Positions 1 through 13,531 of a stretch of 63,599 nt of DNA are shown piece after piece; positions within the stretch are counted from its first letter, which is position 1; each line of letters opens with the position of its first letter. The stretch covers positions 44,379,664 to 44,443,262 of the forward strand of contig NC_068985.1 in NCBI RefSeq assembly GCF_001194135.2, written 5' to 3'. The notes under the pieces are model-generated. The model did no database searches, was not told the origin of the DNA, and worked only from the letters and a program-made list of their open reading frames with translations. Source of the stretch: Octopus bimaculoides (taxonomy: Eukaryota). The position numbers were made by a program, and so were the translations under genes.

Positions 1-259
1 CATCTTGACATAGCGGAGTCTAGCTGAAGATTGCTCTTCATATTGCATTTAAGGTAATGCTCACATTACTTAAATAAATTGAAGTAGCATGAAACGTGCG
101 TACTGCAATCACTTTTGAAATCCGTGTTGCTTATTGTTTGATTTTAATCACCCATCCTTTTGGGATGCGATATTCGGGTGCCTTCGCATAAGTACCATAT
201 TCAAGCCTTGAATCTATATCTAAACTGTATATATATATATATATATATACACACAAGAT

Positions 260-632
260 GTAGATATGGCTGTGTGGTAGGAAGTTTTCTCCAGGTTCAG
301 TACTCCTGCATGGCACCTTGGGCAAGCACCATCTTGGGCTGACCAGTGTGTTGTGAGTGGATTTGGCAGATGGAAGCTGAAAGAAGCCTGTTGTGTATGT
401 GTGTGTGTATGTATGTATGTATGTGTGTGTGTTTGTCCCACACTATCACTTGACAACTGGTGTTATGTGTGTACATCCTCATAACTTAGCAGTTCAGTAA
501 AAGTGTTCGATGGAATAAGTACCAGGCTTTAAACAAAGTTATAAATACTGGAGGTGATTCATTCAACTAAAATTCTTCAAGGTGGTACCCCCAGCATAAT
601 TGCAGCTAATAACAGAAATAAGCAAAAAATAA

Positions 633-635
<3 letters not shown>
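260..635 (+). mobile_element. tRNA-derived SINE family A with internal (TG)n tract
   Basis: A-box TGGCTGTGTGG, B-box GGTTCAGT, CORE-like ccttgggcaag motif; many near-identical copies in the window. Confidence 0.85.
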
Positions 636-669
<34 letters not shown>

Positions 670-1054
670 CCTAACCAATTCCACTGCACACAGAAGGCAA
701 ACATGTCACAAGTAAATAGTCTCTATATATGAAAAATACTTTACAAAAACATATGAGTTGGTACAAGGGAGAAGTACAGGCAGACACCTCAATGTCTTTA
801 GAACAACATCAACATTGCTGCCTCTGTCTTAGAGGGAAAAAAAACAACAGAAACATAAACAAATAGAATTAAATTATTATAATTTTCACAAGCATTTCTT
901 CTTGTAGTTTTAGTTGTTGTTGTCATTTTACTTATATCTATTTATTGTTTTATTTATTTTTCCGTGCTGCTGTTCGTTGAGGAACTCACAATCATGCCAT
1001 ATAATTAACACCAGGGATAAATGTATGGAGGAAATAGTCATAGGATATCGCAGA

Positions 1055-1085
<31 letters not shown>

Positions 1086-1475
1086 TTGGTGATTATGAAT
1101 CTTGGCACCATTTCACATGTGATCTAACACACTCATACACACACACAGACACAGAAACAAAAGTATGCACACATACAAACACACAAATATATATGTACAC
1201 ACAGACATACACACACACACTATACAAACAGTAAATTAATGATTTAGTCAACAAAGAACCCATCCTGTAATTTAAAACGGTTAAATCACTTCTCACACTC
1301 AGCTGCCGAATTCTATTATTTTTTATTTATTTATCTATTTGCATAGAAACACTTAATTTACAGCACACACACACACACACACGCTGCCATCTCATTTTCT
1401 CCATTTGCATGTGATAGACGGATTAGCGTGGCATCATCCAGTAGAGACTGCTAAATATCCCACCACCACACACAC

Positions 1476-1518
<43 letters not shown>

Positions 1519-2114
1519 ATAAAATAACAGAGGAGTAATTTAGAACATCTAACAGGTGTGGTAAAGGTTCACATACCAGAACTTGTTTAACTGGAGCAAA
1601 CACAGTTGATATTACATCACACATCAGCTTTCTTAAAGTCTATTGCTCTTTTCAACTGATGTACATATTTGAATACACACACACACCTACATATATTTCT
1701 CTGTGTGTGTGTGTGTGTGTGTATGTGTGTGTGTGTTTTAGTCAGGCTCAGACAGGTCTCAGTGACCTTCAACAAGATCATAGTACTCTCAAATGATGAG
1801 GTCTTGATGATGGGCTCTTTCCTGTTTATGGGGTAGATCAGATCAAAAAGATAATGGGGGTGATAAAATATATCATCACTTAGAGGAAGAAGTGTAGTAC
1901 CCTTGACTTTTTACAGAATCTCTGAAATTGGTGGAGGTGGGGGGGGGAGATGGAAGTTATTCTTAGACCATGCACTTGGACCAAATTCTGGAAACAGAGA
2001 ACGAAGAATCAGGTACTGATGTTAAACTGGACAATGCTTTTTATATCAGTTTAGCAGGGGAAGCAAACCACACCAAAGCCATCCATTGCAATCTGGTAGC
2101 ATGTTAGCATGTAT

Positions 2115-2400
2115 TATCATCATCATTATCATCGTTTAACGTCCGCTTTCCATGCTGCCATGGGTTGGACGGTTTGACTGAGGACTGGTGAGCCAGATGG
2201 TTGTACCAGGCTCCAATCTGATCTGGCAGAGTTTCTACAGCTGGATGCCCTTCCTAACGCCTACCACTCCAAGAGTGTAGTGGGTGCTTTTACATACCAC
2301 CGGCACGAAGGCCAATCAGGAGGTACTGGCAATGGCCACGCTCAAATTGTGTTTTTATGCGTCACCTGCACAGGAGCCAGTCCAGCGGCACTGGCAACGC
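2115..2400 (-). mobile_element. RTE-LINE 3' tail element (family E), well preserved
   Basis: catcatc-gtttaacgtccgctttccatgc...ctggatgcccttcctaacgcc motif with a (GAT)n tail; recurs many times in the window. Confidence 0.8.
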
Positions 2401-2494
2401 CCTCGTTCGAATTAATTGCTTTAGGAACCTACATAGTTGCTAGCAGACACAGATGTCTGCTCATCCAGCTTGAGTCAGCAGATCATTTGAGGAT

Positions 2495-3469
2495 GTGACA
2501 ACTGGAGGAACAGAGGGTTGCACCAGCATTCAGCACTCAGACTGGGACATTGAAAATTTGGTAAAATCATGTAGAGGTTTTGCACAAGAAGCCAAGGCAC
2601 CACCAGTGAAATATCAATTATGGCCTGAGATGGATAGACCGTGGTCCAGGGTACATATAGACCACATTGGACCAGTGAATGGCATGTACTACTTGATCAT
2701 TGTTGATAGTGTTACCAAGTAGTCAAAAGTATGTAGATGCAGTCAACCTACCTTGAAGGCAACAATAAAGTTCCTGTACAAACTTTTTGCTAAATACAGT
2801 GTTCGTGAGACCATAGTATCAGACAATGGAACACAATTTACAGGATACGAGTTCAAGAAATTCTGCAAAATGCATGCAATCAAGCACATGTTTACCGCAC
2901 CCTACCACCCGAGGTCAAATGGGCAAGCAAAACGATTTGTAGATACTTTCAAGCAAGCACTAAAAAAAGCAAGGAACAAGTTAGGAAATGATGACATACT
3001 AACTAAATTCTTAAGGATGTACAGAGTAATGCCCAATCCGAATACCAGTTCAGATGAGTCACCTGCAGAGCTAATGTTCACTCAAAAGATTGAATCGATC
3101 TTTGACAAATTGTTGCCAAAGGGAAAACCGTATAGAGAAAATTCAAAAATTCCAACTAAACATTTTGATGTCAAAGACAAAGTCCATTTCAAAGCATACA
3201 AGAATGGTAAAGAGAGTTGGCAGGATGGTGTAGTGACTAAAAGAATTGGAAACATGATGTATTTTATAAAAGGCCAATGATGGGAGCATAAACGACACCT
3301 AAATCAAGTAAAAATCAGACATACAGAAGAAAGGAAGGAAATTCCAATGGGAGTGTTTTACATGTTCAATGTACCAGTACCGAAAGATATGGAACCTAGA
3401 AGGAGCAGTAATAGAAAACATAAACAGACTAAACATTTAGAAATAATTCCTCAGCAGAAAAAGTACTGA
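2495..3469 (+). pseudogene. Ty3/Gypsy (K02A2.6-like) LTR retrotransposon integrase, degraded
   Basis: One frame contains DIENLVKSC, PWSRVHID, IVSDNGTQF, TAPYHPRSNGQAKRFV and KRHLNQ. In-frame stops at 2720-2722 and 3278-3280; frame ends at TGA 3467-3469. Confidence 0.92.
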
Positions 3470-3569
3470 GCTTCCTAAGGAAGCAAAATTTCAAAAAGGG
3501 AGAGGATTTGGAAAGAAAGAAAAAAAACAATTTTGTTTCCTATTTAAGTCAAAATCTCAAAAGGCGATA

Positions 3570-3833
3570 TGTTGTAGCGAGAGTCATGACACCCCTTGCG
3601 AGAATAGACTTGACAGAACGACTATAAATAGTAGTGGTTTGAGTGAGAGACAGAGAGTAGGCGTTAATCACAGGAAATTGTAAGGTGTTGTTTTGGTAGT
3701 TTGTCAGAAAATCATTTGTTGATTCGTGTATAGTTTGTAGAGAGTTTGTTGGATTGTTATGTTGTTACTTTGCTTCAGTATATATTTAATTGTTACTATA
3801 TGGTTATAAATAAGTAGCTAAGATATTGCACCA
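3570..3833 (+). mobile_element. 3' LTR of the Gypsy element
   Basis: Starts TGTTG after purine-rich PPT-like sequence, has a TATAAATA box near 3623 and ends GCACCA (TG..CA termini). Confidence 0.65.
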
Positions 3834-4119
3834 TCTTGCCATGGTACCCCTTGTTAAAATTTGCTGCAGCTGTGTTGTGGTTCTGGACAGTTCTCTTTAA
3901 TCCACATAGCTCTTAGTTCACACAACTTTTGGGAGTACATCTAGGAAAATATTGTTTGCGGTATTAGCAAAGAAATTATGGTTAAGAGTTTGAGTATATT
4001 TGTGAAGACAATATCATCAGCTCTTGTGTGTGTGTGTGTGTGTGTGTGTGTCTATACATATATATATATATATATACGTATATATGTAGTCATTTTAGCA
4101 TCCACTTTTTTTATGTTTG

Positions 4120-4320
4120 GATGGAACAAATGGAATTTATTCCAGAGATAGATTGTTTATAGCCAGATATCCTTCCTGTTGCCAACCATTGTCTATTTGC
4201 AAGCAAAAACTTGCCCCATGGCTGGAGAAGTTTTTGCAGAAGTTTGAAAACAAAGGATTCCAAATGTGTAATGGTCGTACTTGTTTCCAACTATCATGCA
4301 ATATCAACACAAGGAGTGAG
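4120..4320 (+). repeat. Interspersed repeat family H (similar copies near 12900-13130, 49340-49540, 57060-57290)
   Basis: Shared motif gatgcccttcctgttgccaa..cacctgtttccaag..gattggaaa..caactatca..atgtcaa across four loci. Confidence 0.7.
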
Positions 4321-4358
<38 letters not shown>

Positions 4359-6692
4359 TGTGTGTGTATATATGTGTGTAAAAAGATTTGGTGTGGGTAC
4401 TGGTGCCACATAAAAAGCGCTGGTGATGGTGACATAGAAAAAGCATCTAGTACACTCTTGTAAAGTGGTTGGCATTAGAAAGGCCATCAAGCTGTAGAAA
4501 CCAAACCAAAACACTATGGAAGCTGGTGCAGCCCCTGGCCTTGCTAGTTCCTCTCAAGCTGTGCAAAGTATGCCAGCATGGAAAATGGATGTTAGATGTT
4601 GATGATAATGATGTTATATATTTACACACACACACACACACAGAAGCTTCTTCCAGTTTGTGTCTAATAAATTCATTCACAAATTTTGGTCAAGCCAAGA
4701 CTAGATAGCAGAAGACTTTTGCCCAAGGTGCCAAGCAGTGGGACTGAACCTGTAACCACAATATTGTGAAGTGAAATCCTGAACCATACAGCCATGTTGG
4801 CATCTATCTCTATCTCAGAGAGAAATATGGGTTTGGTTGCAGAAAACTCTTCAAAGAAAACACCAAGTGATACAAAACTATCTTAAGCATGTCTAGGAAA
4901 CATCATTCATTTCACCAGTTGATCCTCACAATGAGGAGTACATATGTGTGTGTATGTGTGTGTTACTAACTCACTATCTTGATACTATTTCTTCACCATA
5001 GTAATCCTAAACAGTCATTTAAACAGATGGCAGTTAGTTTGTTGAAATTTACCTGTTGCAGACTGCATAATACATAACTGATCTCTGTCCTAACTATATT
5101 TATAACAATAACAACAGTTTTCTATTGATGAGAGAAATAAAAGCTGTTAGGGGAGGATTTGGAGTGCAAAGCTGATATGAAAAAAAAAAAATGAGGCCAT
5201 TGTTTTCTTTAGTATGTATATGTGTGGGTGGGATGACGAAGAATTTGGCTAACTCAATTGGAAAGTGTCCAAATCAACTAGAACACTCAATGAAATTGGC
5301 AGTTGATGTCTAAAAATTAATGTAGGTTATGAATAAAATAATAATTTCAAAGATAGGCTCAAGTGGCAGGCATGGCTGAGTAGTTTAGAAGTTCACTTTG
5401 CAACCAGGTAGTTTCAGGTTTGGTTCCATTGTATGGCCTCTTGGATAACTGTCTTCTACTGCAGCCTCAGGTTGAATAATGCTTAAGGCAGTAAACTGGA
5501 ATAGTTGATAGAGTATTTCTGACTTTCCATGCTCTGAGTTCAAATCCCACCAAGGTCAACTTTGTCTTCTATTTTTTTTTGGGGGGGGGGTACAAAAAAT
5601 ACCAATCTAGGGTTGAGGATTAGTGAAACTTGAACAACATTAGATTAGATGGTTTGCAAGTATGCACTCTGGCCCTTTGTGTTCTGACAGCAATGTCTAC
5701 TACAAAACTGGGGCTCAAATGTATTGGCTTTGAAGTGGAAACCGTTTCCCTAAATAATGTCAGTGCTATTGAGAGGGAAGGTTTGTATGCTCGGGCAACT
5801 GTTACTCTTTTACAAAAAAACCTTTCTTGGGCCTTCACATATAGATACACATTCAACTCTCACTGATGAAGGCCTCTTGATAAATACCTTGTGAGTGAAA
5901 CAGGTAATGGGAAACAGTACAAAAGCCTATTGTGTGTGTGTGTGAGTGTATTTGTATGGGTGTATGTGTACATGTATGTGTGTCTAGATATCAGTCTTTA
6001 TGTTAACACTATTGAAAATTGCTGTATTTCTTTATGGCCAGGAACTTGTTTATACTCCATAACCTAGCAGTTCAACAAACAGAGAAGAATAAATACCAGA
6101 CTTTAAAATGGAAAAAGTACTGGGGTTGAAATGATTGACTAACACTCTTGAAATGGTTGCAATCTGACGACTGAAACAAGTAAAAGCTTAAAGTCAGAAA
6201 TTGTTTTATAGGCCTTAAATTGTACCTTAAATTGAGCCCATTCTTGACTTGTATTTTATGTTATAAGATACAAATGCTAGTTCAATATTATTGTTTGATA
6301 TCCATCTTCCGTGTTGGCATGGATTGGATGGTTTGAAAGGAACTAAGAAGCCAGAGAATTCTGCTGAGCTCTAATTACCATCTTGTGTTTTAAGTTGTAG
6401 TGAGAAGAGGAAGGGACAATGAGACAATGCCAATGACCCTTTTTGGAGTTTCTGAGAATGATGGTTGGAAAAGAAGGAAGTTTCTCTTAAGCCAGACACC
6501 TGGCCTGAAATGCATGCAGCAGAGTAAACTCTGATAAAGAAACCTGAAGACCAGGCAGGTAGTGGTGTTAGACCAAGTAAGGGATCAAGAACAGGAATAG
6601 TCTCTTTAACAGCTTCCATACAGTTTCTGACTATCAAGTTTTACTCACAAGTTTTTGATTGATTTAAAGCTAGATTGGTATTTTATTGTGAA

Positions 6693-7230
6693 GGCACATG
6701 GCGCAGTGGTTAGCATGTCAGGCTCACAATCATTAGATTGTTGAGATCACATACAACCTGAACTGGGCTGTATGTTGTGTTGTTGAGCAAGACACTTTAT
6801 TTCATGTGGCTCCAGTTCTCTCAGCTGTAGAAATGAGTTGTGACATCACTGGTGCCGAGCTGTACCAGCCTCCAACTTTCCCTTGGACAACATTGGTGTC
6901 GTGGAGAGGGGAGGCTGGTATGCATGAGTGACATGAGGTAGTGAGTTCGATTCCTGGACTAGGCTGTGTGTTGTGTTCGTGAGCAAGACACTTTATTTCA
7001 CATTGCTCCAGTTTGCTCAGCTGTAGAAATGAGTTGCAACATCACTGGTGCCAAGGTGTATCGGCCTTTGCCTTTCCCTTGGGTAACACCTGTGGCATGG
7101 AGAGGGGAAGCTGGTATGCATGGGCGACTGTTGGTCTTCCATAAACATCATTGTCCGGACTTGTGCCTCGGAGGGTAACTTTCTAGGTGCAATCCCATGG
7201 TCATGCATGACTGAAGGGGATCTTCACCCT
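6693..7230 (+). mobile_element. SINE family D, tandem partial dimer
   Basis: tRNA-like head, then gagcaagacactttatttcac..ctcagctgtagaaatgag occurs twice (about 6780 and 6980). Confidence 0.8.
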
Positions 7231-7499
7231 TTACTTTATTGTCCACAGAAGGATGAAATATAAATTCAACCTTGATGAGATTTAAAAAGAAGAAACAAAG
7301 AGCCACAAGTAATTTTCCTGAGTGCTCTATTGTTTCTGTTAGTCATGAGCTTTCAGTATGGGAAAAAATTAATAAAAAAGATAATTATTTTGGAGAGAAA
7401 TGGGTCTGGATCAGCAGATCATCAGGTTAAATGCTGTTTAGTGCTTAATACAGTGCTTTTCACTTGTGATTGTAAGTTAATGGTTTTGTTCCTAGAGTG

Positions 7500-7830
7500 G
7501 GATGAGGTTGACTCTGGAAAACATGGGACAAGGTGATGGAACATGATCTACAGATGTTGAATCTTATCGAGGAGATGACAAATGATCAAGACTTTTGGCG
7601 ATTCACTGTGTTTCAGAACACACATCAAGCCAAGTGAAATTGTAGTCATGGCCAGTGCCAGTGACATGTAAAAGGCACTCACTACATTCTTTGGGTGGTT
7701 AACATTAGGAAGGGCATCCAAGCCAAATCAGATTGGAACCTGGTGCAGCTCTCTGGCTTACCAGTCCCAGTCAAACCGTCTGACCCATGTCAGCATGGAA
7801 AACAGATGCTAAATGATGATGATAATGATG
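7500..7830 (+). mobile_element. RTE LINE 3' end (ORF C-terminus, 3' UTR and (GAT)n tail)
   Basis: Translates KTWDKVMEHDLQMLNLIEEMTNDQDFWRF, similar to RTE C-termini, and is followed by the family E tail. Confidence 0.75.
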
Positions 7831-8169
7831 AGTGAGTGGTACATTGTGTTCTTGAGCAAAACACTTCATTTCATGCTGTTCCAGTCCACTCAGAGATAAG
7901 TGAGTAACCCTGCGACAGACTGGCACTTAATTCTTCATTATCTCCAAAATTAACTGAAACAAAGATAGCATATTTGGACAGAAATGTGGAAATGAACAGG
8001 TTAAAAGAGTACATTGTAATATGACCTAAGTCTGGTTGCTAATTTTAGTAGGTTGAATTACTACATAGGGACACTTTCAGAGTTCAGTAAAGGCAGCCAT
8101 ATTTGACTGAAATCATGTTGGTCTTACTGGATAATCAACTCTGTAACATGTAATTTGGTTTGGAGAGGC

Positions 8170-8623
8170 AGAACTATAAGAAATAAAGGGTAGAGAGAAA
8201 TATATTGATGGGAGGGAAAGGTGGAAGGAGACGGGGTGGAAGGAGACGGGGTGGATGGATGAAGTAGAGAGAGAGAGAGAGAGAGATGAGAAAGAGGAGG
8301 CGGTAGAGAGTGACGGATAGATGAGTAGAGGGAGAGAGCTAGAAAGAGATATGATGAAAGTGGCAGAGGGAAGAGAGAGGAAAGAAGGAGAGAAAGAGAG
8401 GAAGGAGTGAGTAAGGAAAGAAGTAGAGGAAGTTGAGGGAGGAAGTAGGAGGTGGGAAGTAGAGAATTGAAAGGGAATATACAAAAAGTATAGAAAGACA
8501 AGAAAGAGAGATAGAGTAAAGGAGACAGGAGAGGAGAAGCAGAAACAGATAGAGAGTACCTTGAAGTAATAAAAAAAAGGATAATGTGTTGACTGAAAAA
8601 TGAAAATGGAAGGTGGAAAGGAG

Positions 8624-8659
<36 letters not shown>

Positions 8660-8685
8660 GAGAGAGGGAGAGAGAGAGAAAGAAT

Positions 8686-8720
<35 letters not shown>
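8170..8720. repeat. Long polypurine / (GA)n low-complexity tract
   Basis: Almost purely G/A on the + strand, with (GA)n runs. Confidence 0.9.
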
Positions 8721-8724
<4 letters not shown>

Positions 8725-9167
8725 CTGAGGTTGGAAAATCTCTGTAAGAAAAGATAATTTTTTTTTTATAAGTTGGCAGGCATGTTTTACAATCACCAAT
8801 GGTAATTTTTATATTCCACCATGATATTGGCAATGGGTCAAGCATACGAAGGGAGATTAGTTAAATAAAGACTTAGTTGCCTGGCTGGCCAGTTGGTGCC
8901 AAGGATTCATTTAATTTACCATCTGTGTATCTTTCTAAACAAAACAATAACGAAACAATAAGAATTGACCAAATCCAGTCAATCAGACTGCCTGGATGGA
9001 AGACAGCTTACGGGGTATTATTCTAAATCCAAAATTTGTAATATTTTTATTTTCATGTCTTTATTTACAGAGAATTTCACATTGTTTCTCTTTCCACAGA
9101 TAGAAACACAAAAATAAATCAAAAACTTGTGTTAGAACACAAATGAAAACAGTAAAAAAATATTTAA

Positions 9168-9386
9168 CCCTTGAGTATTTAAACCAGCCATATCCAGCCC
9201 AAATATTCTACCTGTTTTGCGTTCAGAATGGCTAGATTTGACCTCTCACACATATCTACAATGTTATTCTAAATATAAACATTTACATCATCAAAATCTT
9301 GAAGCTATGAGATGATGCTTGATTAATTCAAAACAATGAGAAAAAATAAGCATTACATATGACAGAGTAATCTGAATGCTAAAAGG
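9168..9386 (+). mobile_element. piggyBac-like MITE (family G); other copies near 18948-19172 (-), 42578-42775, 55780-55915, 56420-56590
   Basis: TTAA on both sides (9164-9167, 9387-9390); imperfect TIRs CCCTTGAGTATT / AATGCTAAAAGG. Confidence 0.75.
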
Positions 9387-9989
9387 TTAATATTATCTGG
9401 GTTTCATATTTAAGGGGCTATGTAAGGAATGGTGTGGTTATGTGATGAAGAAGGCTGCTAAGCAATCTGAGGATATTAAGTTCGATGCCACTCCATAGCA
9501 TTTTGGTAAGTATCCTTTCTTTTAGCTTTGGGTTTGCACAAAGCTTTGTGAGTGAAATTGTGTAGATTGAAACTATGCAGAAGCCATCAGATGTTCTTGG
9601 GTGATGAAGTATTGCTTGACTTTTGTGAGCCTAATTTAACACCACCACCTGGTCTTTGGGTGTCTTTAGTGAAGTCTACTCTATTGTAAGTAGGTCTCTG
9701 GTTTGAGGGTATAAAAGTTTCTCCCTTCTCTTTATCTCCACTAGCAAAAGCTCTGGAAAGAAAGTCATGAATATTACTTTTGCTCCTCTGATAAATGTAT
9801 TCTGGGATATGAAGATATAGTAACCTACAGACACCCTGCAGTTTTAGTTAGCAGGAAAGAAGACAAGACCCTACTTTAATGAAAGAAATAGCCATGCTTG
9901 ATATGCAAAAATGGAGTACATAGAAATTCAGTATGGTGAACCCACTGTAAACTATGGACATACAAAAGATGTGGCTCATAGGCAATTGA

Positions 9990-10650
9990 TAGCAAAAAAG
10001 GAAGTAGACTTTATATGTATAAGGTCACTGAAGCAGTCAGCAGGAAGATGTGAAATAGATTCTTTTCAATGCATGGGAAACACGCTAGAAATAATTGAAA
10101 GCTTTTTTTTTTTTTTACCCAGGTAACCAGATTAGCAGTGGAGGTAGGGTGTTCTTGAAGCCATCATGGCTGGAGTTTGAACAGGTTTGAAATAATTCAA
10201 TGAGTTGTTACCTCTTCTGGCAATAAGATTTCTCACTCAGCATGTAAAGTAGAATGTATGGTGCATGTGTATAAAGCATGTGTGGAGGATTAATGGTGGT
10301 TAGAAAGAAATGAGGTGAGCATGTTCTGCTGGATGTGTAATGTTGGTGCGCATGAATAGCAGAGCACGGATGATTTGACAAAAAAAAAAAAACAACCTAG
10401 ATTTAAGAGGAAAAAGATGTAGTGTGCAAGAGAGAAGACTGCACTTACGGAGGACGTAAGTTATTAAAGAAATGCAGAGAGCTCCAAGTAGATGAAACTT
10501 GTGGGAAAGGGGCCTACGAAAACATAGAATGAAATTATGAAAACTGATCTCATGAAGTTGGATCTCACAAAGGAGATGATGACTGACCATAATGAGTTGT
10601 GATTGTGATGTCAGAGAAGACATGCATAGCAAAATGGACATTAAGATGGT
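9990..10650 (+). mobile_element. Degraded RTE LINE fragment (post-RT region to ORF end)
   Basis: Frameshifted peptides LEIIESF..GNQISSGG, RNEVSMFCWMCNV, VQERRL and IMKTDLMKLDLTKEMM. Confidence 0.75.
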
Positions 10651-12266
10651 GGTGCTAATGGAGGTTGGCAATTGCCAGCATAATGAAATATGACATCAGC
10701 TTTGTCCATATTCAATTACCTTACTATCACTATTCTTTATCACTAGTCACTACTCTCTCACTACCATTACTCCTGCCTATTGGCACATATCACTCTCTTC
10801 TTTAATTTCTCATATTCCCATTACTCCTTCTTCTATTACCTTATCACCCGCCTACAACTCTCCATTTCTCTCATTACAACATTCATCCTGTTCCAGTATT
10901 CAATCTCCTTACCAACAACCGATATGTAGCTGTCTATCAATGTCTCTTCTTCATCAGTTCTGCTTCTTTTACCCTCTTGATCATGCTATTTTGAGACACT
11001 ATACAGTAAAGAGAAGAGAGGACTCTCTGAGCTCTGCTGGCAACAAGACATCCTCTCCAGTGTTGGTACCGTGATAAATTACATCCTTTACATTTGATAA
11101 AGTAGCTGGCCAGAGAACAGAATCAAGTTACTTTGAGACACTGCAGAGAATAGAAGACTCTGTTGCATTGTATCACAATAAAATACATCCAGTACACTCT
11201 GTACAATGGCTGGTATTGGAAAGAGCAACCAGCAGTAGAAATTATGCCAGAAATGGACCATACATATGTGATATGGTCTCTGACTCATCCACAAGGGTAG
11301 TAATTCCAAAAAAGAATTCAGGCAATGATAACCCATCTAACCCATGTCAGAATTTAAAAAAAAAAAAAAAAAAGACACAAAAATAATGGGAAAAAAAGTG
11401 AACATAAAATAATGATGACGATAAAAATGATATTATATACATTTATATCAATGTTATACTATTGCTGTTATATATTTTATATTGTTGTTATATGCCATTT
11501 GATATAAAAGATATACAGACTTCTAAAAGGAGCAAAAAATAAAGAAGTTCGTATGTGTGGGGGATTCTATAGAGCAGAAAATAGTTATAATATCTAGAAA
11601 ATATATCTGCAATAAAACAACATGAAACTGTTTATAATCAAACCAGCTATTTCAAAATAGAAAATACTTTAAAATTAACACAAAAAAGTTAAAAAAAAAA
11701 AAAGAAAAGAAAACAGTAAGTGAAATATAAACCAACAACACAAAAAATAAAATAATTAATAAAAAGGATTATTCCACCCCATTTTACATACAGATCTACT
11801 AATATGGTAGGGTATAGGGTATATTATTGTTGTTGTTGTTAATGCTGGAGTTGTAGTTTATTCACTTGCTTTTATTTCTTTTGTTTAATAGAGCAGAATA
11901 GAATTAGAGTTAGGAATGAGGCGAAGAAAAAAAATAAAACAATGTTAATACACACACATGTATGTGCATGCGTGTGTGTGTGCGTATGTACATACATACA
12001 TATGTATATATATATATAATACACACACATACATTTGTTTTAAATGTGCTACATTCTTTGTCTTTTTATTATTTATATATACATATATATATATATAAGC
12101 CAATTCAAAGAGGAGGCAGGGAGGGAGGGGGAGAGAGAGAGAGAGTGAGGACGATAAATTACAGCAATAGTCTTCGAGTAAAAAAAAAGATTACTTCAAA
12201 GACAGAGCAATAATACAGTAGGGTAGATTAGAATCTATCAGCTTCCAGTCATGTTGCTGTCTGTCT

Positions 12267-12299
<33 letters not shown>

Positions 12300-12530
12300 A
12301 CGTACATATATAGACACACACACACAAGAGAAAACATGAATATACCACATACATATATCAGAACATGCACATACACAGAGCTACATACACAGAGCTACAT
12401 ACACACATACTAAAGCATGTACATATACACATATGCATACACAGATGCTATTTAATTCACATGGCTTATACAGATGCTGTCAGTAAAAAGAGGAGATATG
12501 GTGATAACAGGTTGTTTGTTGGAGAGAAAC

Positions 12531-12569
<39 letters not shown>

Positions 12570-13159
12570 GAAAATAACTAGAGTTAGTGTTATTTAATAA
12601 GTAGTTATGTGACCTGAAGTTCATAGTTTCAAATCTTACCAGGGCTGCTAAAAAAATCATTACCTTTGCACAGTGTTTAGTTGTAGTCCATTACACCCTG
12701 AGTTCAAATCCTGCTACAGTTGACTTTACTTTTCATTCTTTCAGGGATAACGAAATAATTACTAGAAGAGTTGACTAGTGGGTACCCCTCCATTCCTGTC
12801 ACAACAGTAGAGATGATCACCCATTGTTGGATACTTCTGATTATCAAAATATAAAGTAATTGATTTGTTTTCTACATTAATGTGTGGATAAATCATCATT
12901 GTTTTAATGTCCACTTTCCAAGCTTGCATGGGTTGGAGAGAATTTGTGGATGTAGATTTTCATTACGGCCAGATACCCTACCTGTCACTGACCCTCACCT
13001 GTTTCCAAGAAAATTTTTCACATGACCAAACATGTTTCCATGGAAAATTGGAAACAAAAGACACCACTTGCATGGCAGGGACACTTGTTTACAGCTATCA
13101 TATGATGTCAAAGCAAGGAGACAGTAAAATATAAACATATTTAAACATGGATTACTGAA

Positions 13160-13486
13160 GGCACATGGTTCAGTGGTTAGATCAACGAGCTCACAATCAT
13201 GAGGTAGTGAGTTTGATTCCTGGACCAGGCTGTGTTGTGTTCTTGAGCAAGACACTTTATTTCACATTGCTCCAGTTCACTCAGCTGTAGAAATGAGTTG
13301 TAACATTACTAGTGCCAAGCTGTATTGGCCTTTGCCTTTCCTTTGAATAACATCAGTGGCATGAAGAGGGGAGCCTTACATGCACTGGTGACTGCATGTC
13401 TGCAATAAATAACCTTGTCCAGATTTGTGCTTCAAAGGGTAATTATCTAGGTGCAATCTCATGATCATTAATGACTGAAGGGGGTC

Positions 13487-13490
<4 letters not shown>
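13160..13490 (+). mobile_element. SINE family D, full length; related copies at 30603-30925 (+), 37440-37775 (-), 46080-46375 (+), 48800-49100 (-), 34555-34835 (-)
   Basis: tRNA-like A/B boxes, shared central motif, 3' gactgaagggggtcttta. Confidence 0.8.

Positions 13491-13531
<41 letters not shown>

Noticed and set aside
260-330. tRNA-like A/B boxes in SINE heads
   Set aside because: No cloverleaf, and each continues into a SINE body; not tRNA genes.
5630-5866. 78-aa ORF in non-microsatellite sequence
   Set aside because: No recognisable domain or splice context; embedded among SINE fragments.
8113-8845. Long S/L-rich ORFs
   Set aside because: Translations of a (CT)n/polypyrimidine tract.
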